From: Cyanobacteria bacterium P01_F01_bin.150
GTDB lineage: Bacteria > Cyanobacteriota > Cyanobacteriia > CAKZMO01
Assembly (NCBI GenBank): GCA_039189765.1
Contig: JBCCYL010000029.1
Span: forward strand, 1-64,000
Length of the DNA stretch: 64,000 nucleotides
Direction: 5' to 3'
In this document: positions 23,019 through 31,654 of the stretch, piece after piece
Layout of the letters: every line of letters begins with the position of its first letter
Position numbering within the stretch: position 1 is the first letter of the stretch
Notes under the pieces: model-generated
Databases searched by the model: none
Told to the model about the DNA's origin: nothing
The model's input: the letters and a program-made list of their open reading frames with translations, nothing else
Translations under genes and position numbers: made by a program

Positions 23019-23288
23019 CTACCAATTAGACCAATTGTTCCAATTAGACCAGTTTCCCCAGTCAAACCTTCGAGATTGAGGTAGCACTTTACCCTTGACA
23101 TAATCTAAATCCCAACCATAGCCTAATGATTGTTTTCTTACAGTCTCGACCCTTTCTCTAACCGAAGTATTTGATTTGACTGTGGCACTTTCTGCCCTAG
23201 AATTGAAGATATTAGTAATAGGGTAAAGTACAATTTGCGAAATTAAAATGGTGCTAAGGAGTCTGTAAATTTTATTGATTCTAATCAT
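23019..23288 (-). CDS. RiPP precursor peptide B (GrrA/OscA-like), core WGNWSNWNNWSNW
   Basis: Hydrophobic N-terminus, leader VRERVETVR, C-terminal tandem WxN; ATG at 23288 preferred (ORF extends to 23312). Confidence 0.8.
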   Translation of the reverse strand: MIRINKIYRLLSTILISQIVLYPITNIFNSRAESATVKSNTSVRERVETVRKQSLGYGWDLDYVKGKVLPQSRRFDWGNWSNWNNWSNW

Positions 23289-23781
23289 GGGGGACAGTTT
23301 GAATAACGACAATATTGATTGCGATACATTTTAATTATCCATATAATACAGTTAGTACAAGACGTGAATGTGACACTAGAGCAAACTGCCTAAATTTTCT
23401 CTAGAGTTAGCCTGAAGGCTATTGATTGAAGGAAAACATTGGCTATCTTACAGTAGTCAAAACTAAAATTGTCACACAAACAGAACATAGAGCTTGTCAA
23501 GTTGAAATTAACCAACAAGGCCATCAAAATGTCATCCTGAATCTAGTATTGGATAATTCTCATATACACATATACGAAAATCTACTAGCCTTACAGGAAA
23601 TTACTCTAACTTTTCATGAACTCCCTCATTCTTTTATTAGTTCGCAAGAACTATTTATGGATTTGGATAGTAGCCCCTAGGAAAAAACTTGTAAAATACT
23701 AAGAATTTTCTACCAATATCAAACACCTTTATCATTACATACTAAATAGCTTTCATCGCTTATTTGCCCCTGAAAAATAGA

Positions 23782-23826
23782 AGAAACGCCAGCCTCTTCA
23801 AAAATGTACTCAAAGCTGACGTTTCT
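23782..23826. terminator. Imperfect hairpin between the two precursor genes
   Basis: AGAAACGCCAGC ... GCTGACGTTTCT. Confidence 0.3.
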
Positions 23827-24049
23827 AATAAATTTGGTAGCTCAGCCTGGAAAAAAGTAATAATACCTTGTCTCAGTCAAGAGCTTTGACAACTTGATGG
23901 ATTGCCTCAAGTGCGATCGCTTTTCACCTAAATTAGTTCGCATAAACAGATTTAGGCACAAACAAAACTAAAACGGTCCACACAATATCAGAGTTCTAGT
24001 GCTAATCTGAGCAATCAATTAATGGTTTATTTGTTCTAGTGAAATAGAA

Positions 24050-24388
24050 TTACCAATTATCCCAGTTGCTCCAGTTAGCCCAGTTAGCCCAGTTGTTCCA
24101 TGCGGCTTTAACTATTCGCTCTGAGTTCAGCGCTAGTGAGTAGTTTTCTGATGCAGGAATATGGTGTCCCTGCGATAAATCGTTGGCCTTATTAAACTGA
24201 GAGCTATCATTATTTTTACGAACTCGGTTAATACGTGATTTCAACTCCTGTTCTTGATGTTCTAGAGAATATTCGCTTCGGCTATAGGCAAGTGTAGCAA
24301 CATTGTCAGTCAGTATCAGAGATACAGCGGCCACGCAAACAGTTAAAAACGGTGCGAAAAGTCCTGTTAGAGAAGCTTTTTGGTTCAT
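24050..24388 (-). CDS. RiPP precursor peptide A (GrrA/OscA-like), core WNNWANWANWSNWDNW
   Basis: Hydrophobic N-terminus, leader LKSRINRVR, five tandem WxN triplets then W and stop; downstream of the rSAM gene on the same strand. Confidence 0.85.
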   Translation of the reverse strand: MNQKASLTGLFAPFLTVCVAAVSLILTDNVATLAYSRSEYSLEHQEQELKSRINRVRKNNDSSQFNKANDLSQGHHIPASENYSLALNSERIVKAAWNNWANWANWSNWDNW

Positions 24389-24440
24389 GAGAAATCAATG
24401 GGGGACGAAATGGTTACTATTGCTCTTTCAACCTTAGGAA

Positions 24441-24470
24441 TTGTGGTAAATCCTCAAGGATTTACCACAA
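24441..24470. promoter_or_regulatory. Perfect 14-bp inverted repeat upstream of precursor A
   Basis: TTGTGGTAAATCCT-CA-AGGATTTACCACAA. Confidence 0.5.
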
Positions 24471-24583
24471 ACTTAAAACTTGAAGGAGCACTACATTAAT
24501 ATTCGCTTATGCAATTATAGTTGCGAACGAAAGTACCGCCCTCAGTGACTTGTCTCACACGTAAGCGGTTCGAGTATTTAAGG

Positions 24584-25480
24584 TTACAGTTTAAAGTGTC
24601 CCCTGATTGTTAGCTGAACATCGGAGTGATTTTGGTCTAAGGTAGACCCCTCGTGAAGAATATTCTCTGTGGGAGCAATGTAGGCTTCTCCGGGAGAAAT
24701 GCGTACTTTTATTACTGGATAGTTTGGGTAACGTTTTGCGAAGGCATTCTTCAACGTCAGCGGAGAGACTTTGCTTAAACTGAGGCGATTTTTATAGAAC
24801 AGATTGCGTCCTTTCCACTGCACTTGTCTCGATATTTTTAAACTATTTTCTGGGAGGAACTCTGGATGACGCAACACTATTAACATGTCTATTAGGGTGA
24901 GGTTGATGAAGAGGAAGTGGCGATCGCTCTCCCCCAAATTAATGCAAATCCGATTGGTTGATTGATGACGATATTGCAGAGGTAACCGATCCCAACTGTC
25001 CAGATGCAGGCCAATGTAGTGGCCTGCTGTCGGATTGATTGTAACAGTTGGTAAATTGGGCCAGCTAATGCCAATACCCGCTAGAGTTGGCTCTCCTTTA
25101 TTGCAGTGGGATTTGAAAAACGTCAAGATCGGTTCAGTTGCTTTCCCATACTCCGGTGTGCTGAGCTGGTGATTATCGTCGGGAGTCAGTTGACTGATAT
25201 TCAATTGACGTAGAGGAGCCAAAATATGGTCTGGAACCGAGAAGATTCCGACAGTCCGACTGTAATCACTGGCTTGACGATGGGTGATTAACGTTTTGGA
25301 TTGTTCTGATGATAATTCTTGCCATGTATCTTGTGGAATATAGGCATCTTTGGAAAAGGCGAGATTAGGGAAGTGGTCGGCAGTAGGTTGTTGGATGCCT
25401 GAATTAATCCATACACGAGATTTAGATACGTCCAACGTGGAATCAAGGTACAGTTGAACGCTATCCAGAAGCTGAGTCAT
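24584..25480 (-). CDS. Putative Fe(II)/2-oxoglutarate-dependent oxygenase-like protein (RiPP tailoring candidate)
   Basis: GLHLDSWD (HxD), ENILHEGS (distal His), QLTIRGHF (Arg); ATG at 25480, 46 nt after the rSAM stop. Confidence 0.6.
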   Translation of the reverse strand: MTQLLDSVQLYLDSTLDVSKSRVWINSGIQQPTADHFPNLAFSKDAYIPQDTWQELSSEQSKTLITHRQASDYSRTVGIFSVPDHILAPLRQLNISQLTPDDNHQLSTPEYGKATEPILTFFKSHCNKGEPTLAGIGISWPNLPTVTINPTAGHYIGLHLDSWDRLPLQYRHQSTNRICINLGESDRHFLFINLTLIDMLIVLRHPEFLPENSLKISRQVQWKGRNLFYKNRLSLSKVSPLTLKNAFAKRYPNYPVIKVRISPGEAYIAPTENILHEGSTLDQNHSDVQLTIRGHFKL

Positions 25481-25526
25481 AATGCAACCATTAACGAAGG
25501 GGACTAGCACTACATTCTTTGCCCCA

Positions 25527-26747
25527 TCAGACTGTTGCTTTACTCTTTTCCATTGATGGGGCTGACGAAGGTACCTGAATTGCAAAGGTTTCTTCTAAAT
25601 CCGCAAGAACAATGTCCGTGAGGATTTTCTTCGTATATTTACAATACATTGTTTCGGAAGAATTAAAGGAGCCGTTTTCAAAATACTTATTGGACGGTGC
25701 GCCTCCGCCACACACGGAGAAGTACTCACATGTTTTTTTACACAACGACACTCCAGCCTGGATATCTCGGTTCATGTGCTTGAATTTTGGAGTTTGACAC
25801 ACCTTATCAAAGGATTGATTTACGATATTTCCTAAAATAAAATCGCCATAGACCTCACTGTCCATAGATAGAAGTTCAGGCGAAAATGTTGAAAAATCAC
25901 CATTATAAGCAATATTAAGCATGGTGAAGGGCGTAAACTGGCCTCGTTGAATATTGGTTTTGCCCAAAATGGATTGTTTGGTTTCCTCTAGTTCTCTAAT
26001 TTGCAGTACGCCAGGGTTTTCTTTGGTGAGGGCCAACATGCGTATCATAAACGCCTTATATTTTTGTGCGCTATCGTCTGACGACAACGAAGATGCTTGG
26101 TGTGTGCCTTCCATTTCATCGATATTGAAGCCCACTTGCTGAATATTTTGATCTACAAAGAACTGAAACAGCTCATCAGGATAATCAAGACCATCACGAG
26201 TTAGGACGGCAATAACGTGGAAAGGGATATTGTGCTGTTGCAGTAAACGAACCCCGCGCATGGTGTACTTATAACTGCCCAATCCTCTGCGGGTTAAGCG
26301 ATAGGCATCATGTAAAAATTCTGGACCATCTAGACTCACACCAATACGGATGCCGTAGGTTTTGATTAAATCACACCATTGATCATTGATGAGTGTTGCA
26401 TTTGTTTGGATCGCGTGGGTAATGAGGCGTAACCCCATTGGAGAGTTCTGATTCAGTTGTTCGATCTTTTCAAACGTTGTTTGGTAGAACTTGACAGGCA
26501 TGGTTAAGGGTTCCCCTGCGTGCCAAACCACTGTAAATTCTGAATCTAAAAACTGACTCTGAAACAGATGGGTAAAGATAGGTTCAAGCAAGTCTAGAGA
26601 AAATTCGTGCTTGAGATGGCGATCGGGTAAATAACAATAACTACAGTTCAGGTTACAAAAGGTGGTGGGTTGAATGATAACCAGTTGGATTGGACCATAG
26701 TTTTTGCGACCATGAAACCATGTGGAGACGGTATCAAGCAAACTCAT
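25527..26747 (-). CDS. grrM: Cyclophane-forming radical SAM/SPASM maturase, GrrM/OscB family
   Basis: LVIIQPTTFCNLNCSYCYLP, WHAGEPL, GVSLDGP.FLHD, FSTFSPELL, CKKTCEYFSVCGGGAPSNKYFENG...TETMYC-like SPASM motif; ATG at 26747. Confidence 0.9.
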   Translation of the reverse strand: MSLLDTVSTWFHGRKNYGPIQLVIIQPTTFCNLNCSYCYLPDRHLKHEFSLDLLEPIFTHLFQSQFLDSEFTVVWHAGEPLTMPVKFYQTTFEKIEQLNQNSPMGLRLITHAIQTNATLINDQWCDLIKTYGIRIGVSLDGPEFLHDAYRLTRRGLGSYKYTMRGVRLLQQHNIPFHVIAVLTRDGLDYPDELFQFFVDQNIQQVGFNIDEMEGTHQASSLSSDDSAQKYKAFMIRMLALTKENPGVLQIRELEETKQSILGKTNIQRGQFTPFTMLNIAYNGDFSTFSPELLSMDSEVYGDFILGNIVNQSFDKVCQTPKFKHMNRDIQAGVSLCKKTCEYFSVCGGGAPSNKYFENGSFNSSETMYCKYTKKILTDIVLADLEETFAIQVPSSAPSMEKSKATV

Positions 26748-26869
26748 AGGATTGGGGCGGTGTAAAGGACAACAAGGTAATATGTTATTCCTCTCTACAG
26801 TGTCATAGTTCTGTCCTCCTGAACACAAAACTATGACAGTTATTATCTTTATAATAGTATGCGAGCTTT

Positions 26870-27379
26870 TTACAGATTAAGACGTTTTGTCATCCAAAGG
26901 GATTGGGGTTTGTAATCGAGCTGATGATACATGCTGAGGGCGATGTAATTATCTGTGAAGACTTGTAGGCTAATTTTGCGATCGCCCCTTTTCATCGCCC
27001 ATTGTTCAGCTTTGTCCATCAACGCAGTGCCGATCCCTTGTCGGCGATACTTAGGATAGACGTATAGCAGAAAAATGTAAGCGTGGCGATCGCCTTCAAT
27101 CTGATCAATCGCATCCCCCAACCACAAACAGCCTACTGCCGTTTGACATGAGGACCGCGCAGATAATGAAAGAGTCGGTATTGGTGAAGGTGACTGGATG
27201 TACACCCACCATAGAGGCGTATCACTAGATAAGTACTGATCGACCGTTTGGACAAGATGAGTGACGGGTTGTTTAGGATGAAGCTCTTGATAGGTCTTCT
27301 GCATGACTTTTACCAGAGACGCCCGATCCAAACTAGAGCCTCTGGTAATCTCATAACCTGGACATAATTCGTTAGCCAT
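26870..27379 (-). CDS. GNAT family N-acetyltransferase
   Basis: YVYPKYRRQGIGTALM acetyl-CoA motif; ATG at 27379. Confidence 0.88.
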   Translation of the reverse strand: MANELCPGYEITRGSSLDRASLVKVMQKTYQELHPKQPVTHLVQTVDQYLSSDTPLWWVYIQSPSPIPTLSLSARSSCQTAVGCLWLGDAIDQIEGDRHAYIFLLYVYPKYRRQGIGTALMDKAEQWAMKRGDRKISLQVFTDNYIALSMYHQLDYKPQSLWMTKRLNL

Positions 27380-27629
27380 TCTGAACTGCGTCTTTGTCCG
27401 ATGCGGGTGGAAAAGAGGAAAACTGAGCAATGGCCGTAGAGAAGGGAATGCTTGCCTGGGTAACACCAGAATTTGAATCACTACCATGCTTCATGGTCGT
27501 TGGTTCTTCTATCGGTGCGGGCGCAGCTAAATCACTGGGTAAAAAGATTCGAGCACTCACTGCAATCATCGCAACCAAGAAAATTAATACAATAAAGAAT
27601 GGCGCGACGTACTGACGAATAAAGGACAT
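27372..27629 (-). CDS. Small single-TM cyanobacterial protein
   Basis: RQYVAPFFIVLIFLVAMIAVSARIFLPSD; overlaps the GNAT start by 8 bp. Confidence 0.7.
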   Translation of the reverse strand: MSFIRQYVAPFFIVLIFLVAMIAVSARIFLPSDLAAPAPIEEPTTMKHGSDSNSGVTQASIPFSTAIAQFSSFPPASDKDAVQNG

Positions 27630-27877
27630 ATCTCTAACCTACTAGTTGAACAACCAAAAAAGTGGGCTATTGCTCGAAGCCTGAATATCAGCGCTGTTGC
27701 TGAATACACCCTGATTATAGTACCAAGAAACTGCCCTATATTTTCTGGTTAGGCTCAAATATACTAGCTGTCTGGAGTTTTGCTGAAAGGTGAGTTGTAA
27801 CTCAATGGTCGTTCAAAATTCAGAGCGCTATAAAATGCTAGAGGGCGATCGCGTTTATATAGCCCTGATACCTGGTT

Positions 27878-29458
27878 ATGGGACAAAGAGAAAAAACATT
27901 GGCGAAGAAGAAAAGGCACAATAAAACGGCTTTAAGCAATATGACTGTTCAGGCCTATTCAACTCCCTCTGCTTCAAAACAGGAAAAATTTAACCGGGGA
28001 CTATGGCGACAGGGTGACATCATTGAAGTAACAGTTGATGCGCTGAGTAACCGTGGTGATGGGGTTGGTCGCTGGATTGACTCAAATGCTCAAGCCAGTG
28101 TTGGGACTGATGCCGATGCTGATGGACAGAAAGGTCATCGAGTCGTCTTTATTCCTGATGCCGTACCGGGCGATCGCCTGCGTGTTCGGCTAGTCCGCGT
28201 TAAGCCATCCTACGCCCACGGCAAATTAGTGAATATTGTCAAACCTTCGTCCGAACGGATTAAGCCGAGCTGTATTGTGGCGGACAAATGTGGTGGATGT
28301 CAGTGGCAGTCCGTGAATTACGAGCGGCAGCTTCTGGCCAAATATCATGAGGTTTGTCAGTGCCTAGAACGGATTGGTGGATTTGATGCATCGTTAGTAG
28401 AACCTGTGGAAGCGTCTACCCATCTTGGCTATCGGAATAAAGTCTCCTATCCGTTAAGGCAAGCGGAGTCCAAGGCCAAGGTCCAGGCCGGATATTATCA
28501 AAAAGGCAGTCATAAACTCGTTAACCTTAACCAGTGCCCTGTCCAAGATCAGCGGTTGAATACATTTCTGACCGATCTAAAAGAAGATATTCACACCCGC
28601 AACTGGTCTATTTACGATGAAAAACGTCATCAATATTCCCTGCGTCACTTGTCTTTAAGGGTCGGGAGACGCACTGGAGAAGTCTTGCTGACCCTCGTTT
28701 CCCGTGATAAATGCCTCAATGGTCTTGAAGAACAGGCTAAGCGGTGGCTGCAAATCTACCCTAACCTGGCAGGTGTCTGTCTGAACATAAATGATCAGCG
28801 TACAAATGCCATCTTTGGTCAGAAGACATCTACGATTGCAGGACGGGGCTATATCGAGGAAATTTTTGCAGATATCTCGTTTCAGATCCATTCCACCACC
28901 TTTTTTCAAGTTAATACGGAGCAAGCGGAGAAACTACTGCGGCTTGTACAAAAAAAACTCGCGCTGACTGGAACCGAAAAAATTGTTGATGCCTACTGCG
29001 GCATTGGGACAATGACGCTTCCTCTAGCTCATCAAACCGGGCGGATGATAGGCATTGAATTTCACCCCGCTTCGATTACTCAAGCCTTAAAAAATGCCGC
29101 ATCTAATAACATTCATAACGTTGGTTTTCATGTGGGGAAAACAGAATTACTGTTGCCTCGGCTCAGGGACTTAGCTCCAGGATTTGGTATTCCCGATGTG
29201 GTGATGCTTGATCCGCCTCGCAAGGGCTGCGATCGCGCTGTGTTAGAGACGTTGCGATCGCTCCGTCCCTCCCGTATTGTTTACATTAGCTGTAATCCAG
29301 CGACCTTGGCCCGCGATCTGAAAATTCTATGTGCTCAGGAATCGATGGGTTCAGAATCTCCGTCCCAAGCTTACTATCAGTTAGAGTCGGTATACCCCTT
29401 TGATTTCTTTCCCCAAACGTCCCACGTTGAATCCGTTGCGTTTCTTGCTTTGGCATAA
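27878..29458 (+). CDS. rlmD: 23S rRNA (uracil-1939-C5)-methyltransferase
   Basis: TRAM domain, CGGCQWQ Fe-S motif, FFQVN, DAYCGIG, LDPPRKG, YISCNPATLARD, FPQTSHVE. Confidence 0.95.
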   Translation: MGQREKTLAKKKRHNKTALSNMTVQAYSTPSASKQEKFNRGLWRQGDIIEVTVDALSNRGDGVGRWIDSNAQASVGTDADADGQKGHRVVFIPDAVPGDRLRVRLVRVKPSYAHGKLVNIVKPSSERIKPSCIVADKCGGCQWQSVNYERQLLAKYHEVCQCLERIGGFDASLVEPVEASTHLGYRNKVSYPLRQAESKAKVQAGYYQKGSHKLVNLNQCPVQDQRLNTFLTDLKEDIHTRNWSIYDEKRHQYSLRHLSLRVGRRTGEVLLTLVSRDKCLNGLEEQAKRWLQIYPNLAGVCLNINDQRTNAIFGQKTSTIAGRGYIEEIFADISFQIHSTTFFQVNTEQAEKLLRLVQKKLALTGTEKIVDAYCGIGTMTLPLAHQTGRMIGIEFHPASITQALKNAASNNIHNVGFHVGKTELLLPRLRDLAPGFGIPDVVMLDPPRKGCDRAVLETLRSLRPSRIVYISCNPATLARDLKILCAQESMGSESPSQAYYQLESVYPFDFFPQTSHVESVAFLALA

Positions 29459-29459
29459 C

Positions 29460-30173
29460 TTAACGCATGCCGAGATAAAGTTCGCCGACTTTTGGATGAT
29501 TTAATAGCTCGGGTCCCGGACCTTCAAAGCGATCGCGTCCCGTATCTAGTACCACTCCCCGATGAGCCATGGCCAGAGCTTTGCGAGCATTTTGCTCCAC
29601 TAGCATAATCGCAGTTCCTGTTTGATTAATGTGTTGGATATGCTCCAATGTTTGGGTGACTAATGTAGGAGAAAGGGCTGCTGAGGGTTCATCCAAAATA
29701 AGCAAATCTGGATCGAGCATCAGCGCTCGGCCCATCGCTAACATTTGTCTTTCGCCCCCGGATAAGGTGCCTGCCTGTTGTCTTCGCCGTTCCAATAGCA
29801 CTGGAAACACATCAAAAATTGTTTGTTTAAGAGAGTTGAGGGGCTGGTTGAGGATAAACGCACCCATTTCCAAATTTTCTTCCACCGATAGGGATGGGAA
29901 AACATTGGAAATTTGAGGAACGTAGCATAGGCCCAGGGGCACGATTTGATTGGGTTTAAGACCTGCGATCGCCCTGCCTTTGAACAAAATATCCCCTGTA
30001 TGTGGTGTTAGCAACCCAAAAATTGTTTTGGCTAAGGTTGACTTCCCTGCTCCGTTGGGACCGATCACTGCGACGAGCTCGCCTGGTCCTATGCAAAAGT
30101 TGATGCCCTGTAAAATATCTAATCCAGGCACATATCCGGCTTGGACATCAACAACTTCTAACAAAGGTTCCAT
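29460..30173 (-). CDS. Branched-chain/neutral amino acid ABC transporter ATP-binding protein (LivF/NatE-like)
   Basis: GPNGAGKST, LSGGERQMLAMGRALM, LDEPS, LVEQN. Confidence 0.9.
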   Translation of the reverse strand: MEPLLEVVDVQAGYVPGLDILQGINFCIGPGELVAVIGPNGAGKSTLAKTIFGLLTPHTGDILFKGRAIAGLKPNQIVPLGLCYVPQISNVFPSLSVEENLEMGAFILNQPLNSLKQTIFDVFPVLLERRRQQAGTLSGGERQMLAMGRALMLDPDLLILDEPSAALSPTLVTQTLEHIQHINQTGTAIMLVEQNARKALAMAHRGVVLDTGRDRFEGPGPELLNHPKVGELYLGMR

Positions 30174-30223
30174 TGTTTTTCTAGGGTACGGATTTTCCTG
30201 AGGCTTGCTAGAGTATGGCTTTT

Positions 30224-31453
30224 TTATGTCACGGCTTCAATTTCGGGAGTGCCATCCGCATCGATCCATGCCAACTGCTTGATTCCGCAGATTTTGGCAT
30301 AGGTATGGGTGTCTACAGAGGATGTATGACCGTCAACCGCCACTTCAACTCGAACCAGGTTGGTGGATTCTCGAATGCGTTGGGCATGGGTAAAAGCAGC
30401 AGCGGCGGCATCGGCTGACTTGGGAATGACTAGCCAATCACTCTTGGGTGTGCTTTGGGGTAGATGGCCTTTAGAGCCTAATAGTTTTTGAATTGGATCC
30501 ATATTAACAACAAAGCCGATGCCTGGAACTCCATCGCCTTGTGGATGATAGGTTGCTAAAAGCTCGTCATAGCGACCTCCTTGACCCAGGAGATCATAGC
30601 CAGTTTCGGTTTGGTTAATCACTTCAAACACAATACCCGTGTAGTAGTTAAACGGTCGGATTAAGCTAAGGTCCAAAATAAAAGACGGCAGTTTGGTGTT
30701 GGGATGCTCGGTGGACTCTAATAAATCCACCAACGTCTTTAGGTTGTTAACAATGGCCTGTTCGTCTGGCGTTAATTGGAGAGTGAACACTCTCTGTAAA
30801 ACATCTTGGGGGGTTCCTCGCAGATCAAAGAGGGTTAAGGCCCGCTGTTTGAGGTCATCCGTCAACGGCATGGTTTCTAGAGCCAAACGATCAAGATTTG
30901 CGATCGCTGTACGAACCTTCTCTTGGTAGGCATCTGGGAAGGGAGATAGGAGCGATCGCGTTAACTTAGCTTCTCCTAGAACAAAGTGCCATTTTTTAAG
31001 TCCAAGGGCATTCAAGCAATCTGCTAACAAAAAGATAATTTCACCATCAGCAATAATCCCTCCTGCCCCCAGCAGTTCCACGCCGGACTGAAATAGCTCC
31101 TGCTGACGGTGATTACTGCCTTGAGTAATGCGACGAAATACATTCGCACTATAGAATAATCGCTGTGGTAGCGAAACTCCTTCCATTCTAGTAATGGCTG
31201 CCCGTGCAATCGACGCGGTCAACTCAGGGCGGAGACCCAGTACTTCATTCTCAGTATCGTGTAGTTGTACCACGGTCGATGGCTCCACTGCGCCACCCGC
31301 CACCAGAGTCTCTAAACGTTCCAAAGTGGGCGTGATGATTTGATGATAGCTCCAGCGTTGAAAAACCTGCTGTAGCCGTTCTTCAATCCATTGCTTTTGA
31401 GCCACATCTAACGGAAATAGATCCCTCGCACCTGTGGGTGGTTGATACACCAT
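30224..31453 (-). CDS. hisZ: ATP phosphoribosyltransferase regulatory subunit
   Basis: HisRS-like: GARDL, LRPELTASIAR, QSGVELLG, YYTGIVF, GGRYD. Confidence 0.9.
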   Translation of the reverse strand: MVYQPPTGARDLFPLDVAQKQWIEERLQQVFQRWSYHQIITPTLERLETLVAGGAVEPSTVVQLHDTENEVLGLRPELTASIARAAITRMEGVSLPQRLFYSANVFRRITQGSNHRQQELFQSGVELLGAGGIIADGEIIFLLADCLNALGLKKWHFVLGEAKLTRSLLSPFPDAYQEKVRTAIANLDRLALETMPLTDDLKQRALTLFDLRGTPQDVLQRVFTLQLTPDEQAIVNNLKTLVDLLESTEHPNTKLPSFILDLSLIRPFNYYTGIVFEVINQTETGYDLLGQGGRYDELLATYHPQGDGVPGIGFVVNMDPIQKLLGSKGHLPQSTPKSDWLVIPKSADAAAAAFTHAQRIRESTNLVRVEVAVDGHTSSVDTHTYAKICGIKQLAWIDADGTPEIEAVT

Positions 31454-31654
31454 ACCTTGACAGCCTATATTTTGAACATCGATAGCTTATATGTTTATAG
31501 CCCCATGGGCTTTAGATTTGACTAATGGTGTCGTCCATCCCATTAGAGGAGACACCTGCCTACCATCCTAAGCTTTGCAAGTAGACATTAAAGAGGGGCG
31601 TTTACCGCCCCGTATTACTCTATTCAGTTTTACGCTAATTGCCAAATGCCTGGG

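Noticed and set aside
23426..23680. 84-aa plus-strand ORF inside the RiPP locus
   Set aside because: TTG start, opposite strand, no motif; likely spurious
23313..24049. Possible third precursor between A and B
   Set aside because: No WxN array found; a TGG-TAG near 23710 is preceded by an in-frame stop
26870..27629. GNAT acetyltransferase as a RiPP tailoring enzyme
   Set aside because: Co-oriented, but coupled to a small conserved membrane-protein gene and looks like a core cyanobacterial pair; no evidence of linkage
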